From a virus: a stretch of 64,000 nucleotides of DNA. The notes below the pieces were generated by a model. It was not told where the DNA came from and made no database searches. It saw nothing but the letters and a program-made list of their open reading frames with translations. Location: the IMG/VR virus record IMGVR_UViG_3300037458_001730, positions 1 to 64,000 of that record; one strand, given 5' to 3'. Position numbers and translations under genes: made by a program. Shown piece after piece: positions 38,996 to 49,260 of this stretch (positions within the stretch are counted from its first letter, which is position 1; each line of letters opens with the position of its first letter).

Positions 38996-40561
38996 CTATT
39001 TAAAAGTTGTGAATTCTCCACGAATAAAATTTATGTGTTGCGCTTTTCCATCTTCGTGTATGATGATGTGACTATTTAACCAAGAGCTTTGTCCTTTATT
39101 ATAACTAACTCTTAGTTTGGTGCTTGTGCCAACAGATAAAGCACCATCTAATCTTACTGGTTGATGGCTGTGACCTGTAATGTTTTTAGTATTTAGTTTT
39201 CTGTATTGTGTTATAGATCCTCTGCTACCAGAGGCTCCTATATCTCCATGAACACCAAGCTCAAAACCTTTTACTCTAAAACTTTCATCCCTTCCAAGAC
39301 ATTTAATTTTTGGGAACCTCTGGTTTATTACGTATGGTATTATTCCTTTTGGTGCTTTCTTTTGCATAATTAACGTTGAAAATTCAGTAAAAAGCAAATA
39401 ATTCTTACTAGCCTTCATGTGTTTTGAATCACTTGACCTGAGCCACTTATCAACAACATCGTTATGATTGCTTGGTACAACTACAATATTATAATCTTTG
39501 AATTGCTCCAACCAATTAAGCATTTCATCCAACTCTCTTTTTAAAGAGTTTGTACCATTAACATCTCTCTCGTATTGTATAAATGGATCATTTAACTCGT
39601 GATGAGAAATCGAGTGACCATTAAAAATGTCATGCATAACTATATTTCCTGGGTGTAATTTTTTACACAACACATTTAAAGTTGAATTAATTACTTTTTC
39701 ATCATGGTCTCCAACATGAATATCGCCCATTATAAGCGAAGCTATTTTATTATTCTTTCTTACTTTTCCATCAGTAACATTGTAATATAGGTCGTTAAAA
39801 TTACCCTTATTGTCAGCTGTTACCTGTCTAATAAAAAATATTTCTTTGTTTTTTATTTCAACTATGACAAACCCATAGCTATGATTAAATTCTCCTCTTT
39901 TTCCAGCTTTAGAATCTGTGTAGTTTTGTTTTGTACAAGCGCCAGTTGTAACCATCATTTTTTGAACATAACTTTCTAAAACTGGCACCATTTTCAAGTG
40001 AACTTTCGGATGTCCAACTATACAAGATTTATCGCCAGTGAAACTTTCAAACCCCTCCAATGGGTTAATTGCTGTAGGTTGTGTTTTTATATTTCCTAAC
40101 ACTGTAAGAAATGGGTGAATATCATGTCTCGCAGCATCCAAATATCCTTTTTCTAGAAGTTCTGGGGCCCAAACCTCTTCATCTTTATCTTGAAAGACTG
40201 ATGTTGGATTCTTGTACCTGCCAGCTATAACATGTATTGAAGCGTTGTGGTATTTTGCATATACTTCCATGTTTTTTAAAAATGGAGCATGTAAAGGCGT
40301 ATTGTTTTGGGCCCAAGAAATAATGTAAACTTTTTTAGTTTTATCTAGCTTCTTTTTCTTAGCCTCCATAAATTCAAAAGACTCTTCTGGGGCTCTTTCT
40401 TTAAAGCCTAATGCCACAAGATTTCTTCTAACACTTCTCTCAGAAGTAACACCAAAAAAAGTTTTTAATTTACTAGTTCTTTCGTCCCAGGTAAGATTTG
40501 GGTCTATATAAATCTGTCTGATTTGTTCTTTGTCGCTCTCAGTTAGTTGTTTTAACTTCAT
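38996..40561 (-). CDS. T5 A1-like metallophosphoesterase/nuclease with N-terminal HTH
   Basis: SERSVRR HTH; AQNNT; GDIH, HDIF, SNHND, HGD.G..GSRGS and GHSH motifs. Confidence 0.75.
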   Translation of the reverse strand: MKLKQLTESDKEQIRQIYIDPNLTWDERTSKLKTFFGVTSERSVRRNLVALGFKERAPEESFEFMEAKKKKLDKTKKVYIISWAQNNTPLHAPFLKNMEVYAKYHNASIHVIAGRYKNPTSVFQDKDEEVWAPELLEKGYLDAARHDIHPFLTVLGNIKTQPTAINPLEGFESFTGDKSCIVGHPKVHLKMVPVLESYVQKMMVTTGACTKQNYTDSKAGKRGEFNHSYGFVIVEIKNKEIFFIRQVTADNKGNFNDLYYNVTDGKVRKNNKIASLIMGDIHVGDHDEKVINSTLNVLCKKLHPGNIVMHDIFNGHSISHHELNDPFIQYERDVNGTNSLKRELDEMLNWLEQFKDYNIVVVPSNHNDVVDKWLRSSDSKHMKASKNYLLFTEFSTLIMQKKAPKGIIPYVINQRFPKIKCLGRDESFRVKGFELGVHGDIGASGSRGSITQYRKLNTKNITGHSHQPVRLDGALSVGTSTKLRVSYNKGQSSWLNSHIIIHEDGKAQHINFIRGEFTTFK

Positions 40562-40637
40562 AAAACGTAATTTTTAAAGACTAATTTATATGTTTTTTTT
40601 ATAATATGCAAATTTTTAAGAAAAAAGCTAGATAAAA

Positions 40638-41663
40638 CTACCTAGACAACTCGTGAGAAACCATTATTTCTACAAGTTCTTTAAATTTGACTTTTGGCTG
40701 CCAACCAAGAATTGTTTTTGCCTTAGAAGCGTCTCCAAGCAAAAGATCTACTTCTGATGGTCTAAAATATTTAGGATCTACCTCTACAAGTAATTTACCA
40801 CTATGTAGATCATAACCCTTTTCTTCCACACCAGAACCGACCCAATTTATTTTGTAACCTATTATTTCGCAAGTTGTTTCGACTAATTCTCTAACTGAAT
40901 GAGTTTCATTTGTCGCAAGAACAAAATCTTCTGGAACATCTCTTTGCAGCATTAACCACATCCCTTCTACATAATCTTTTGCGTAACCCCAATCTCTTTT
41001 TGAGTCTAAATTACCAATGCTTAAAATATCTCTTTTTCCCTGTTTTATTTCGACTAAATTATTTATCACTTTTTTTGTAACAAATGTGCCGCCTCTTCTA
41101 GGGCTTTCATGGTTAAACAATATACCATTACACGCAAATATATCATATGCTTCTCTATAGTTTTTTACAGCCCAATAACCATATATTTTAGCTACACCAT
41201 ATGGGCTTCTTGGGTGAAAAACAGATTTTTCAGTATATCCAGTTTCTGGCATGTTATAACTCATACCGCCATACAACTCTGATGTTGATGCCTGGTAAAA
41301 TCTAGATGTTGGACAATGAATTCGCATTGCTTCTAAAATCGTAAGTGTTCCCAAAGCGTCAACCATACCAGTGTAATATGGCTGTTCAAATGAAACTTTA
41401 ACATGCGATTGAGCTGCCAAATTATAAATTTCATCTGGTTTTATTGTGGCAATTAAATTTGTTGTACTTGCTGGGTCAGTAACATCTCCATAGTGCAAAG
41501 TCAGCTTGTTGAAAATGTGGTCTATTCTTTCAGTATTAAAGCTGCTAGATCTTCTTATTACACCGTGCACCTCATAACCTTTTTCTAAAAGAAGTTCTGC
41601 TAAATATGAACCATCTTGTCCAGTTATACCAAAACAAATTGCTATTTTTTTATCCTTTTTCAT
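40638..41663 (-). CDS. gmd: GDP-mannose 4,6-dehydratase
   Basis: [55 protein letters not shown]. Confidence 0.97.
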   Translation of the reverse strand: MKKDKKIAICFGITGQDGSYLAELLLEKGYEVHGVIRRSSSFNTERIDHIFNKLTLHYGDVTDPASTTNLIATIKPDEIYNLAAQSHVKVSFEQPYYTGMVDALGTLTILEAMRIHCPTSRFYQASTSELYGGMSYNMPETGYTEKSVFHPRSPYGVAKIYGYWAVKNYREAYDIFACNGILFNHESPRRGGTFVTKKVINNLVEIKQGKRDILSIGNLDSKRDWGYAKDYVEGMWLMLQRDVPEDFVLATNETHSVRELVETTCEIIGYKINWVGSGVEEKGYDLHSGKLLVEVDPKYFRPSEVDLLLGDASKAKTILGWQPKVKFKELVEIMVSHELSR

Positions 41664-42862
41664 TGAGCCTCCTCTATTGCACTAAGTACGCAGTTGCACA
41701 TGTGATCTATTTCTTCTCTTGTTAAATTGGGGTGATTAGGTATATACATACCACAATCATCAATTCTTGAAACAGTCTCTAAAGATACTCTACCAAAACT
41801 TTTTACAAAAAATGGTTGAGTCCCCATAGATCCACATATTAAAGGTCTGCACTCAACGTTGTTTTCTATTAGTTTCTTTACAACTCTTTCTTTTTCTTCT
41901 TTTGTTTCAGTTATTATTGGAATACAAAAACTAGCAGTGAAACTATCTTCTTCTTCAACTGGGAACCAAATATAAGGAGATAAACGATTTTTAAAAATTT
42001 GAAAATTTTTGTTTCTTTGTTCTATCATCGCATCAACTTTTTCAAGTTGTCTTAATCCAATTACAGCTTGAAGATCTGTTGATCTAACATTGAAACCAGG
42101 GACATAGAAAGTATATAACGCAGAAAAATCATCTATACCCCATTTTTCTCGTAATTCTATTTGTTTCGTTGAGTCTAAATCTCTATCCCACCCATGACTT
42201 CTTAGTTGTTTTAACATGTCATAAACTTCTTTATCGTTTGTTGAGATCATACCACCTTCAATAGTGCTCATAGTATGACCAAAATAAGTAGAGAAACTAG
42301 ACATTAAGCCAAAATTTCCAAGTTTTTTACCTTTGTACATTGTTCCTTGGGACTCACAATTATCTTCAAGTAGTATAACTCCGTATTTTTTACAAAGATT
42401 TACAACTTCATCCATATTTGGAGATAAGCCAAGAACTGATACCAATATCATAGCTGCTGGTTGTTCATTTATAAAAATATACTCCAAATGTTCAAGATCA
42501 ACAGATAAATTGCTTAAATTACAATCTACTATAAGTGGTTGAAATCCGAGTTGAACGACTGGTGCTAGATCTGTAGCCCAAGCTAATGATGGCACAACTA
42601 CTTTGCCATTTCTTAATTTATAAAGCTCTATTATAGCATAAAGCATTAAAAGGTTAGCAGATGATCCAGAATTAACAAAAACAGAATATTTACAACCAAG
42701 CCATTTTGACCAGGCTTCTTCAAACTCTATTGTTTTTTCTCCTTTTGTTAAGCGCGGGTAAGTTTTTAACCACTTAATTAAATGATCAATATCGCTTTTG
42801 TCTATAGTATCTTTTACGAGGGTAATTCGCTCGCGAACCTGATTTAAATCTTTGTTTTTCAT
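41660..42862 (-). CDS. colD: PLP-dependent DegT-family enzyme, ColD-type GDP-4-keto-6-deoxymannose 3-dehydratase
   Basis: [31 protein letters not shown] (His at the Schiff-base Lys position), RSHGW, GFNVR. Confidence 0.8.
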   Translation of the reverse strand: MKNKDLNQVRERITLVKDTIDKSDIDHLIKWLKTYPRLTKGEKTIEFEEAWSKWLGCKYSVFVNSGSSANLLMLYAIIELYKLRNGKVVVPSLAWATDLAPVVQLGFQPLIVDCNLSNLSVDLEHLEYIFINEQPAAMILVSVLGLSPNMDEVVNLCKKYGVILLEDNCESQGTMYKGKKLGNFGLMSSFSTYFGHTMSTIEGGMISTNDKEVYDMLKQLRSHGWDRDLDSTKQIELREKWGIDDFSALYTFYVPGFNVRSTDLQAVIGLRQLEKVDAMIEQRNKNFQIFKNRLSPYIWFPVEEEDSFTASFCIPIITETKEEKERVVKKLIENNVECRPLICGSMGTQPFFVKSFGRVSLETVSRIDDCGMYIPNHPNLTREEIDHMCNCVLSAIEEAQ

Positions 42863-42915
42863 TACCTTTATTATTTATAAAAACATAAACAAAAAAAGTT
42901 TTAAAACAAAGTTAA

Positions 42916-43857
42916 TTATATGAATTCTATCTTGTTTTCATCAAAAAAGTTTGTATGTTCTTTTTTTGGTCCAATATTTTTTAAAAAATCAAACAATTCT
43001 GAATCGCTAAAAAAATGTTCTGTGATAAAATTTTTATATTTTTTTCTGGCTTCGACAAGGGTGGTTCCATTGTATCCAAACTCTGGGTTGTCTATCCAAC
43101 CTCCACCACCTAAAAAAATATAATTAGCCTCTGTTAAGCAATTTACATTTGCGCCACCAGAATCTGCTATTGATATCACGCAATTTGATGCTAGATAAAA
43201 AGAAAGCATTTTACTAAAACTAATAGCTGGATTAAATATTTCAAAATAAGATTCTTTTGGAAATATAAACCCTGGGGGGTTTATTGTTAGATTAACAACA
43301 AAGTAACCAGCTCTTATTAAACCGATAATTGTGTTGTGATAAAGGTTGTTTCTGTGTAGTATCTTATTTAAATTTCTGCCATTTATAGCAATAATTTTTT
43401 TGTTTTCTACATTAATTGAATTTAAAAACGATACACACTCTTCGTAGTCAGATTTTTTTGGATTAATAAAAACCAGATCGTTTTCTAATAATCTTTTAGT
43501 GCTGTGACTAAACATGTATTTATACACGTGATCACCACCTCTAAATTTAGCTACATCTTCATCTCCCAAAAACTCTATTTCAACATCTTTTGACGCTCTT
43601 TTTTTACCTATTTTTTCCATGTTATAGAATATGTTTCTATCCAAGGAGATATCTTCTATTAAATTAGTACCTGATTTAGATGTATAATTTTGCACATATA
43701 TTTTATCATAATCTGGAAGCATAATATCAAAGTTTTCAAATGTAGATGTGTATAATTCAAAATCTTTGTTTTGTTTTTTAAAATTATATGCATCTAAACT
43801 TGAAGCGTATATGTAATTGAATTCATCTATGTTTGTTGTTATAAATCTTTTTTTCAT
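42916..43857 (-). CDS. Putative GT-B (GT9-like) glycosyltransferase
   Basis: IIAINGRN and CVISIADSGG (DSG motif); position in the glycan island. Confidence 0.5.
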   Translation of the reverse strand: MKKRFITTNIDEFNYIYASSLDAYNFKKQNKDFELYTSTFENFDIMLPDYDKIYVQNYTSKSGTNLIEDISLDRNIFYNMEKIGKKRASKDVEIEFLGDEDVAKFRGGDHVYKYMFSHSTKRLLENDLVFINPKKSDYEECVSFLNSINVENKKIIAINGRNLNKILHRNNLYHNTIIGLIRAGYFVVNLTINPPGFIFPKESYFEIFNPAISFSKMLSFYLASNCVISIADSGGANVNCLTEANYIFLGGGGWIDNPEFGYNGTTLVEARKKYKNFITEHFFSDSELFDFLKNIGPKKEHTNFFDENKIEFI

Positions 43858-43876
43858 TTATTGTTTAATAAAATAG

Positions 43877-44818
43877 TTAATCTGTTAAAATATTTTTTTC
43901 AACTATGTTTTTATAAACTTTTTTTATACCATCATACAAATTTGTTGGTTTAAAGCTTGGTATAGTCGACTTTAATAATTCAATTGAAACGTCTTTTCTG
44001 TGTTGCCCATTTGGGTATGAACTATCAAAATGAACAGATAAGTGCTCAGCGTCGCAAGCTTTTAATGCTATGCTAGCCATTTCTTTTATAGTTAAATTTT
44101 CTTCTGTTGCAACATTCATGTTTGTATATATATCATTATCTATGCAATATTTTATTATATGCGCTAAATCATCAGAGTGCATAAATTGTCTTAATGGTGT
44201 ACCGTCCCCAAAAAGAACAATTCCCTTTTCATTGTTTTTTAGTGAATAGTGAATTTTTTTTATAAGAGCAGCTATAAAATGACTGTTATCTCCATATTTG
44301 TCAAATTCACCATATAAATTACATGGCGTTAAATATTGGTATTGAGTCCCATATTGTTTGTTATATGTGTCTGTTTGTACGGCCAGGCATCTTTTTGCAT
44401 AACCATACGAAAAATTAGTTGGTGTTGGTGGTCCATTGTGCAATTGGCTTTCCTTCATGGGGTATAAATTTTCCACATCTGGATAAATACAAGTGCTTAA
44501 CATGCTGATAAATCTTTTTACATTATTTTTATAAGCATAATCCATCAACAATGTATTCATCAAAATATTATCTGTAAAATATTCTGCTGGTTTTTTGATG
44601 TTGTCTATTATGCCACCTACCTTAGCCGCCAAATGAATAATTGCATCTGGGTTATGTTTTTCAAAAAGAAGTTTTACACTTGACTCTTTTGTTAAATCAA
44701 AATCTTTTGAAGATATGTATACAGCGTCTGGCATGATCTTTTTTAAAGACCTCCCCACCATACCTGAACCACCAGTGACTAATATTTTATTATATTTCAT
44801 AATTAAATTTTTATCCAA
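43877..44818 (-). CDS. fcl: GDP-L-fucose/colitose synthase (epimerase-reductase; Fcl/ColC-like)
   Basis: VTGGSGMVG, HLAAKVGGI, STCIYP, YGYAK, PCNLYG, SHFI, GDGTPLRQF. Confidence 0.9.
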   Translation of the reverse strand: MDKNLIMKYNKILVTGGSGMVGRSLKKIMPDAVYISSKDFDLTKESSVKLLFEKHNPDAIIHLAAKVGGIIDNIKKPAEYFTDNILMNTLLMDYAYKNNVKRFISMLSTCIYPDVENLYPMKESQLHNGPPTPTNFSYGYAKRCLAVQTDTYNKQYGTQYQYLTPCNLYGEFDKYGDNSHFIAALIKKIHYSLKNNEKGIVLFGDGTPLRQFMHSDDLAHIIKYCIDNDIYTNMNVATEENLTIKEMASIALKACDAEHLSVHFDSSYPNGQHRKDVSIELLKSTIPSFKPTNLYDGIKKVYKNIVEKNILTD

Positions 44819-45594
44819 TTTTCACAATACAAATCATTTGTGTTATAATGATCATAAGCAGAACCAAACCACTTTGCTGGAGCTACAACTTTCTTTTGGT
44901 CATTTTTATTAAGCCAAGCACCCCACCAACTAAATGTTGAGTTGCATATTATATTATTTTTACATTTGCTCATCAAAAAAAGTTCTTCATAGTCTTTGTT
45001 TTCATCTATAAAAACAAACTTTTCTGGTAAATCTGGAAAGTTTTGTTTGCACCAATATATATCATCTGAAAAAATCAAGAAAACAGAATCTTGATCCATG
45101 TGTTTAATTGCTTTCATGTAATAATTCATGCTTTGAATCGGGTGGTGGTCTTGAAACTTTAAATAATCTCCTCTTCTGACATGAATAGAACAAGTGTTTT
45201 TATTTAACAAGTCAATATATTTTTTTGAAATACTTTCAGCTAATTCTTGTGGATAAGAAAAAATTTCCAAAACCTCTTTTCTGTGTTCTTTAAAATATTT
45301 TTCACTTTGAAAATATCCATTTAAACATATATTAGATTCAACATTTGGTATTTCGGTGTAATTAAACCCAGATTCATTAAACAAAATTTGACTTTCCATA
45401 TTGTTTCTAGAAACGAAATTTATTTTAGAAAAAACGCTTCCCTTGTAATCACTAGCGTGTTTGTGGACAACAACAGAATCATCATATGAATATATTGCTT
45501 CTTTACCATATTTTAAAGAATAAGATAATGTACAAGCTATTTGAAACATCATGTTACCTAAACCGCCTATTAACCTAGTTGTTACTTTTTTCAT
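44803..45594 (-). CDS. Alpha-1,2-fucosyl/colitosyltransferase (GT11)
   Basis: GGLGNMMFQ, GYFQSEKYF, HVRRGDY, FSDD, NSTFSWW. Confidence 0.93.
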   Translation of the reverse strand: MKKVTTRLIGGLGNMMFQIACTLSYSLKYGKEAIYSYDDSVVVHKHASDYKGSVFSKINFVSRNNMESQILFNESGFNYTEIPNVESNICLNGYFQSEKYFKEHRKEVLEIFSYPQELAESISKKYIDLLNKNTCSIHVRRGDYLKFQDHHPIQSMNYYMKAIKHMDQDSVFLIFSDDIYWCKQNFPDLPEKFVFIDENKDYEELFLMSKCKNNIICNSTFSWWGAWLNKNDQKKVVAPAKWFGSAYDHYNTNDLYCENWIKI

Positions 45595-45597
45595 TTT

Positions 45598-46479
45598 TTA
45601 ATATTCATAACATTTTTTTATACCATCATACAACGATATAAATTTGTAATCGGGTATCATTTTTTTAAATTTTTCAACATCAACATCTCTCTTTTTTTGC
45701 CCATTTGGCTTTGATGGGTCGTATTGTATTTTTAGATCGCTATTTGACATGCTTATTATCATCTTAGCTACACTTTCTATAGTATAAGATGTTGAAGGTG
45801 CTACATTAAAAGATTCTGTTATATCTCTTTCCAAAACCTCTTTTATTATGTTGGCAAAATCTTCAGCATACATAAATTGTCTAATGGGTGTGCCATCCCC
45901 AAAAAGAACGATTTTTTTTTCTTTGTTTTTTATAGCTTTTTTAACTTTGTTTATTATAACTGGTATTATTTTGTCCTCTTTGTCTGTTGGCCCATAAAGA
46001 TTGCACGGAATTAAATAATTGTATTTTGTGCCATATTCTTTATTGTAATTTTGTATTTGTGTCGCCATTACTCTTTTAACCATAGCATATGAAAAAATGC
46101 TTTCATGTGGAACGCCATCGTAAATAAGATCTTCTGTAAATGGTTTGTTTGCTTTGTTTTCGCTTGGATACATAGTATAACTTAAAACAGTGAGGAATCT
46201 TTTAACGCCATACATATGAGCATATTTTAATGTCAAAGTATTCATAAGTAAGTTATCATCTAAGTGACTAACTGGATGATTAATATTATCTAATATACCC
46301 CCAACTTTTGCAGCTAGATGAACTACTTTCTCTGGTTTGTGTTCAGAAAACATTTTTTCTACTTGATTTTGATTTGTTAGATCGAAATCGCTTGAACAAA
46401 CGTAAGTTGCTTCTGGGATACACTTTTTTAACCAGGTACCTATTAATCCACCGCCTCCAGTTATTAATATTTTACTCAT
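45598..46479 (-). CDS. Second Fcl-like NDP-sugar reductase
   Basis: ITGGGGLIG, HLAAKVGGI, YAMVK, PCNLYG, GDGTPIRQF; SYTMYP replaces STCIYP. Confidence 0.85.
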   Translation of the reverse strand: MSKILITGGGGLIGTWLKKCIPEATYVCSSDFDLTNQNQVEKMFSEHKPEKVVHLAAKVGGILDNINHPVSHLDDNLLMNTLTLKYAHMYGVKRFLTVLSYTMYPSENKANKPFTEDLIYDGVPHESIFSYAMVKRVMATQIQNYNKEYGTKYNYLIPCNLYGPTDKEDKIIPVIINKVKKAIKNKEKKIVLFGDGTPIRQFMYAEDFANIIKEVLERDITESFNVAPSTSYTIESVAKMIISMSNSDLKIQYDPSKPNGQKKRDVDVEKFKKMIPDYKFISLYDGIKKCYEY

Positions 46480-46834
46480 TTTCTTTTTTTTCAGATTTTT
46501 GAAAACCGTTATAAAGTTTTGGGTTTTCTACATCTGGGTTAAACTTTCCATTGCACATGTTTACAATAGTTTTGTCAATTGCCTTCACAAGCATTGGTCT
46601 TTTTTGTTTAAATGTTATATCAGCTTTTCTTTTTAAAGTCAGCATAGTTTCTGGATTTTGCTCTAAACTCATAGCATCTTCTAAATACCACAATCTTATG
46701 TGTACTACTATTAATTTATCTATTAATTCAGAAAAAGAATCACTATGAATTTCATCATATTCTGGAAATAAATTTTTATCTAATATTTCTTTTACCTTTT
46801 CTTTTATATAGTTGTCTAATTGCTCTCCTATCAT
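46472..46834 (-). CDS. DUF4254/DUF6165-like helical protein
   Basis: SELIDKL....IRLWYLED...R..L...ID pattern. Confidence 0.55.
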   Translation of the reverse strand: MIGEQLDNYIKEKVKEILDKNLFPEYDEIHSDSFSELIDKLIVVHIRLWYLEDAMSLEQNPETMLTLKRKADITFKQKRPMLVKAIDKTIVNMCNGKFNPDVENPKLYNGFQKSEKKENE

Positions 46835-46841
46835 GTGTTTT

Positions 46842-47702
46842 TTATTTTTTTAATAAAGATAATAGTTCTTCTGGGGAAACTAAATTATTAATAAACTGTA
46901 TTGGTATTTTTGTAAAATTTAAGCATGGATCAAAATATGAGGGATCGCTACCGTGTTTTTCTATTAGGTTATGATTGTCTATCATTGTCATTTTTGTTTT
47001 AAAACCAGAATTTCCAAAAAAATGAGCAAAGTGACAAGGACCAGATATTGTGCTAACTATATCAACACAATTTGGGTGGTGTATATAGCTGCAATAATCC
47101 TTAAATTTGTCAACATAAATTATTTGATCATCTTTTAAGTGCGATACTCCTCTCCCAAAAACAAAAACTTTTTCATATTTTGATTTTGATAGCTTCAAAA
47201 AATCATTCCAATAGTTTATATCTAAATTTCTTCTTGTATCTGCGTTTTTTAATCTTGGTATACACATTAAAAAATCTGGCAAATCAGATTTTAAAATTTC
47301 GTCATTGTAGTTTATATTTAAAATCTCTTCTTTGTCTCTTTCGTAATTTTTATAAAATGGCTTATATGGCAAAGTTTTGCAAAGTTCGTCCAACTTCTCA
47401 TCTGTTACTAAATCTAAACATTCTTCATAATTAACTGAAGGATTGTATGCTTGAACATTTTTAAAAATGTTTTCGTATAAAAAAAATCTATCAGATAATG
47501 TTACAATTGTTGTGTCTTTATTAATCTTGCCCTCTTTTAAATAACATATTAATCCAAGTCTATTGATTATTAATTCAGTTGCAGACTCTGTTTGTTGTGT
47601 TGGTGTGCCAGCTTGAAAACTTCCGTTTCCAGAGTTTACATCTTCTGAACCTTTTGCTAATATTGCGTACTTAAACATTTTTTTTAAAAATTTTATTACC
47701 AA
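46842..47702 (-). CDS. Putative GT-B (GT9-like) glycosyltransferase
   Basis: PR...D.RRN...YW, VFVFG, ISGPCHFA (SGP.H.A). Confidence 0.5.
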   Translation of the reverse strand: MVIKFLKKMFKYAILAKGSEDVNSGNGSFQAGTPTQQTESATELIINRLGLICYLKEGKINKDTTIVTLSDRFFLYENIFKNVQAYNPSVNYEECLDLVTDEKLDELCKTLPYKPFYKNYERDKEEILNINYNDEILKSDLPDFLMCIPRLKNADTRRNLDINYWNDFLKLSKSKYEKVFVFGRGVSHLKDDQIIYVDKFKDYCSYIHHPNCVDIVSTISGPCHFAHFFGNSGFKTKMTMIDNHNLIEKHGSDPSYFDPCLNFTKIPIQFINNLVSPEELLSLLKK

Positions 47703-49260
47703 TTACTAAAATATCTAGCTCAGTATTGTCTAAAACAAAAAACGCATCTTCTATAGTTGTTAAAATAGGGAAGCCTCGAATATTGAAAGATGTGTTTAAT
47801 ATAACTGGTATTAGATCTTGGTTTTTCATTTCTGACAAAATGTTATAAAAAATTGGGTGTTGGTCTAAAGTTGTCGTTTGCAGTCTAGTCGTTTTATCAG
47901 TGTGAACAATAGATTTAAGCTTATCTTCAAACTCTTCTTTTACTTTTGGGGCATAGCTCATATATTTTGATTCACGGGCATTTTTAAAGTAAGTATTAGC
48001 ATCTTCTATTCTACAAACTGGAGCAAAAGGTCTATACCATTCTCTAAACTTTACTTTTGCATTTAATATATCTTTCATTTCTGGAAAAGATGGGTAGCAT
48101 ATTATGCTTCTGTTACCAAGGGCTCTTGGGCCAACTTCAGAATTGCCATTTAAAATGCCAATAATTTTACCTTCTTTTAAATAATTTACCAAAGAAACAT
48201 ATGAAAACTCTTCACTAAAGTGGTTTATTTCATATTTATTTAAATTTTGTTCATCTAAAATTTGGATTCCGCTGTATGCTATTTCTTGTGAACCAAAATT
48301 TGGAAACTTACTTAAAAAAATACCATATGATTGTCCACAATCATTTGGGTTTGGTGGCACAAATAATTTTAAGCCCATTTCGCATAAACGCTCATAAAGT
48401 TTTTGGTTATATAAAACATTAAGGGCGCAACCTCCAACTAAAACAATATCTGTGTTATATTTATCAATATATGGCATTATCAATTCATCCATTTTTGTTT
48501 CAAAAACGAACTGAGAAGTTGCAGCTAAATCATACGACAATTGACCGCTTGTTGTATTAAAACCATATGGTATGTTTAACTCATGGCACAAATTTTTTAA
48601 AGAATTTGTGCTATAGTAATTTATAAAAGGTTGTACCCACTCTTGTCTTATCTTTCCATAAGCGCAAAGACCCATTATTTTACCTGCATACACCAAAGAA
48701 TTTTCTACTGTTTCACCCTCTGCACCTGGTTTTATTTCTGATATTAAAAAACCAATTGCTGAATATGGGTTCCCATAATCTAAATTTGGGCAATTAAGAT
48801 CAACAATATTGTCGTTTTCGCCAAAATAGACCCTTGTAGATGACACTACATTGTCATCCGTGCCACCACCATCAACAGAAAAAATTAGCGATTTTTTAAA
48901 GTTAGAATTATAAAAACCAGAACAAGCGTGTGCATAATGGTGGCCAACTTGTTCAAATCTTGCTTTTGGGAAAAAAGTTAAAATTAAATTTTTGTCAGAC
49001 TCGCTTAAAGCTGAATATAAAACCAACTCTATTTCTGTATCAATTAAATTTTCTTTTATTAAATTTAAAAAATCTTCTCTTTCTTTTTGGTTAGATCCCA
49101 TACCTGGTCTAGAATCAAAATCAGAAGAGAACATAGCATATCTTTTCTTTACAAATCTCTCATATTCATAAACTCTTAAATTGTTGTATTTGTCAATAAA
49201 AGTAGCAGAAGCATCATGAGATCCATATAACGATATTGTTTTTGTTGGGGTTATTTTCAT
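47671..49260 (-). CDS. O-carbamoyltransferase (NodU/CmcH/TobZ family)
   Basis: HDAS, HHYAHA, DGGG, GKIMGL, GGCALN, GPRALGNRS, VKFREWYRPFAP, LNTSFN. Confidence 0.95.
   Translation of the reverse strand: MKITPTKTISLYGSHDASATFIDKYNNLRVYEYERFVKKRYAMFSSDFDSRPGMGSNQKEREDFLNLIKENLIDTEIELVLYSALSESDKNLILTFFPKARFEQVGHHYAHACSGFYNSNFKKSLIFSVDGGGTDDNVVSSTRVYFGENDNIVDLNCPNLDYGNPYSAIGFLISEIKPGAEGETVENSLVYAGKIMGLCAYGKIRQEWVQPFINYYSTNSLKNLCHELNIPYGFNTTSGQLSYDLAATSQFVFETKMDELIMPYIDKYNTDIVLVGGCALNVLYNQKLYERLCEMGLKLFVPPNPNDCGQSYGIFLSKFPNFGSQEIAYSGIQILDEQNLNKYEINHFSEEFSYVSLVNYLKEGKIIGILNGNSEVGPRALGNRSIICYPSFPEMKDILNAKVKFREWYRPFAPVCRIEDANTYFKNARESKYMSYAPKVKEEFEDKLKSIVHTDKTTRLQTTTLDQHPIFYNILSEMKNQDLIPVILNTSFNIRGFPILTTIEDAFFVLDNTELDILVIGNKIFKKNV

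Noticed and set aside
42872-42879. Canonical T4 late promoter TATAAATA in sense orientation before colD
   Set aside because: Isolated instance (one more at 1170) in very AT-rich DNA; the opposite orientation dominates before structural genes.
44180-45913. Near-identical ~40-bp segments as a possible DGR template/variable repeat
   Set aside because: They encode the conserved LFGDGTP.RQFM motif of the two Fcl paralogs; there is no reverse transcriptase and no evident adenine-specific pattern.
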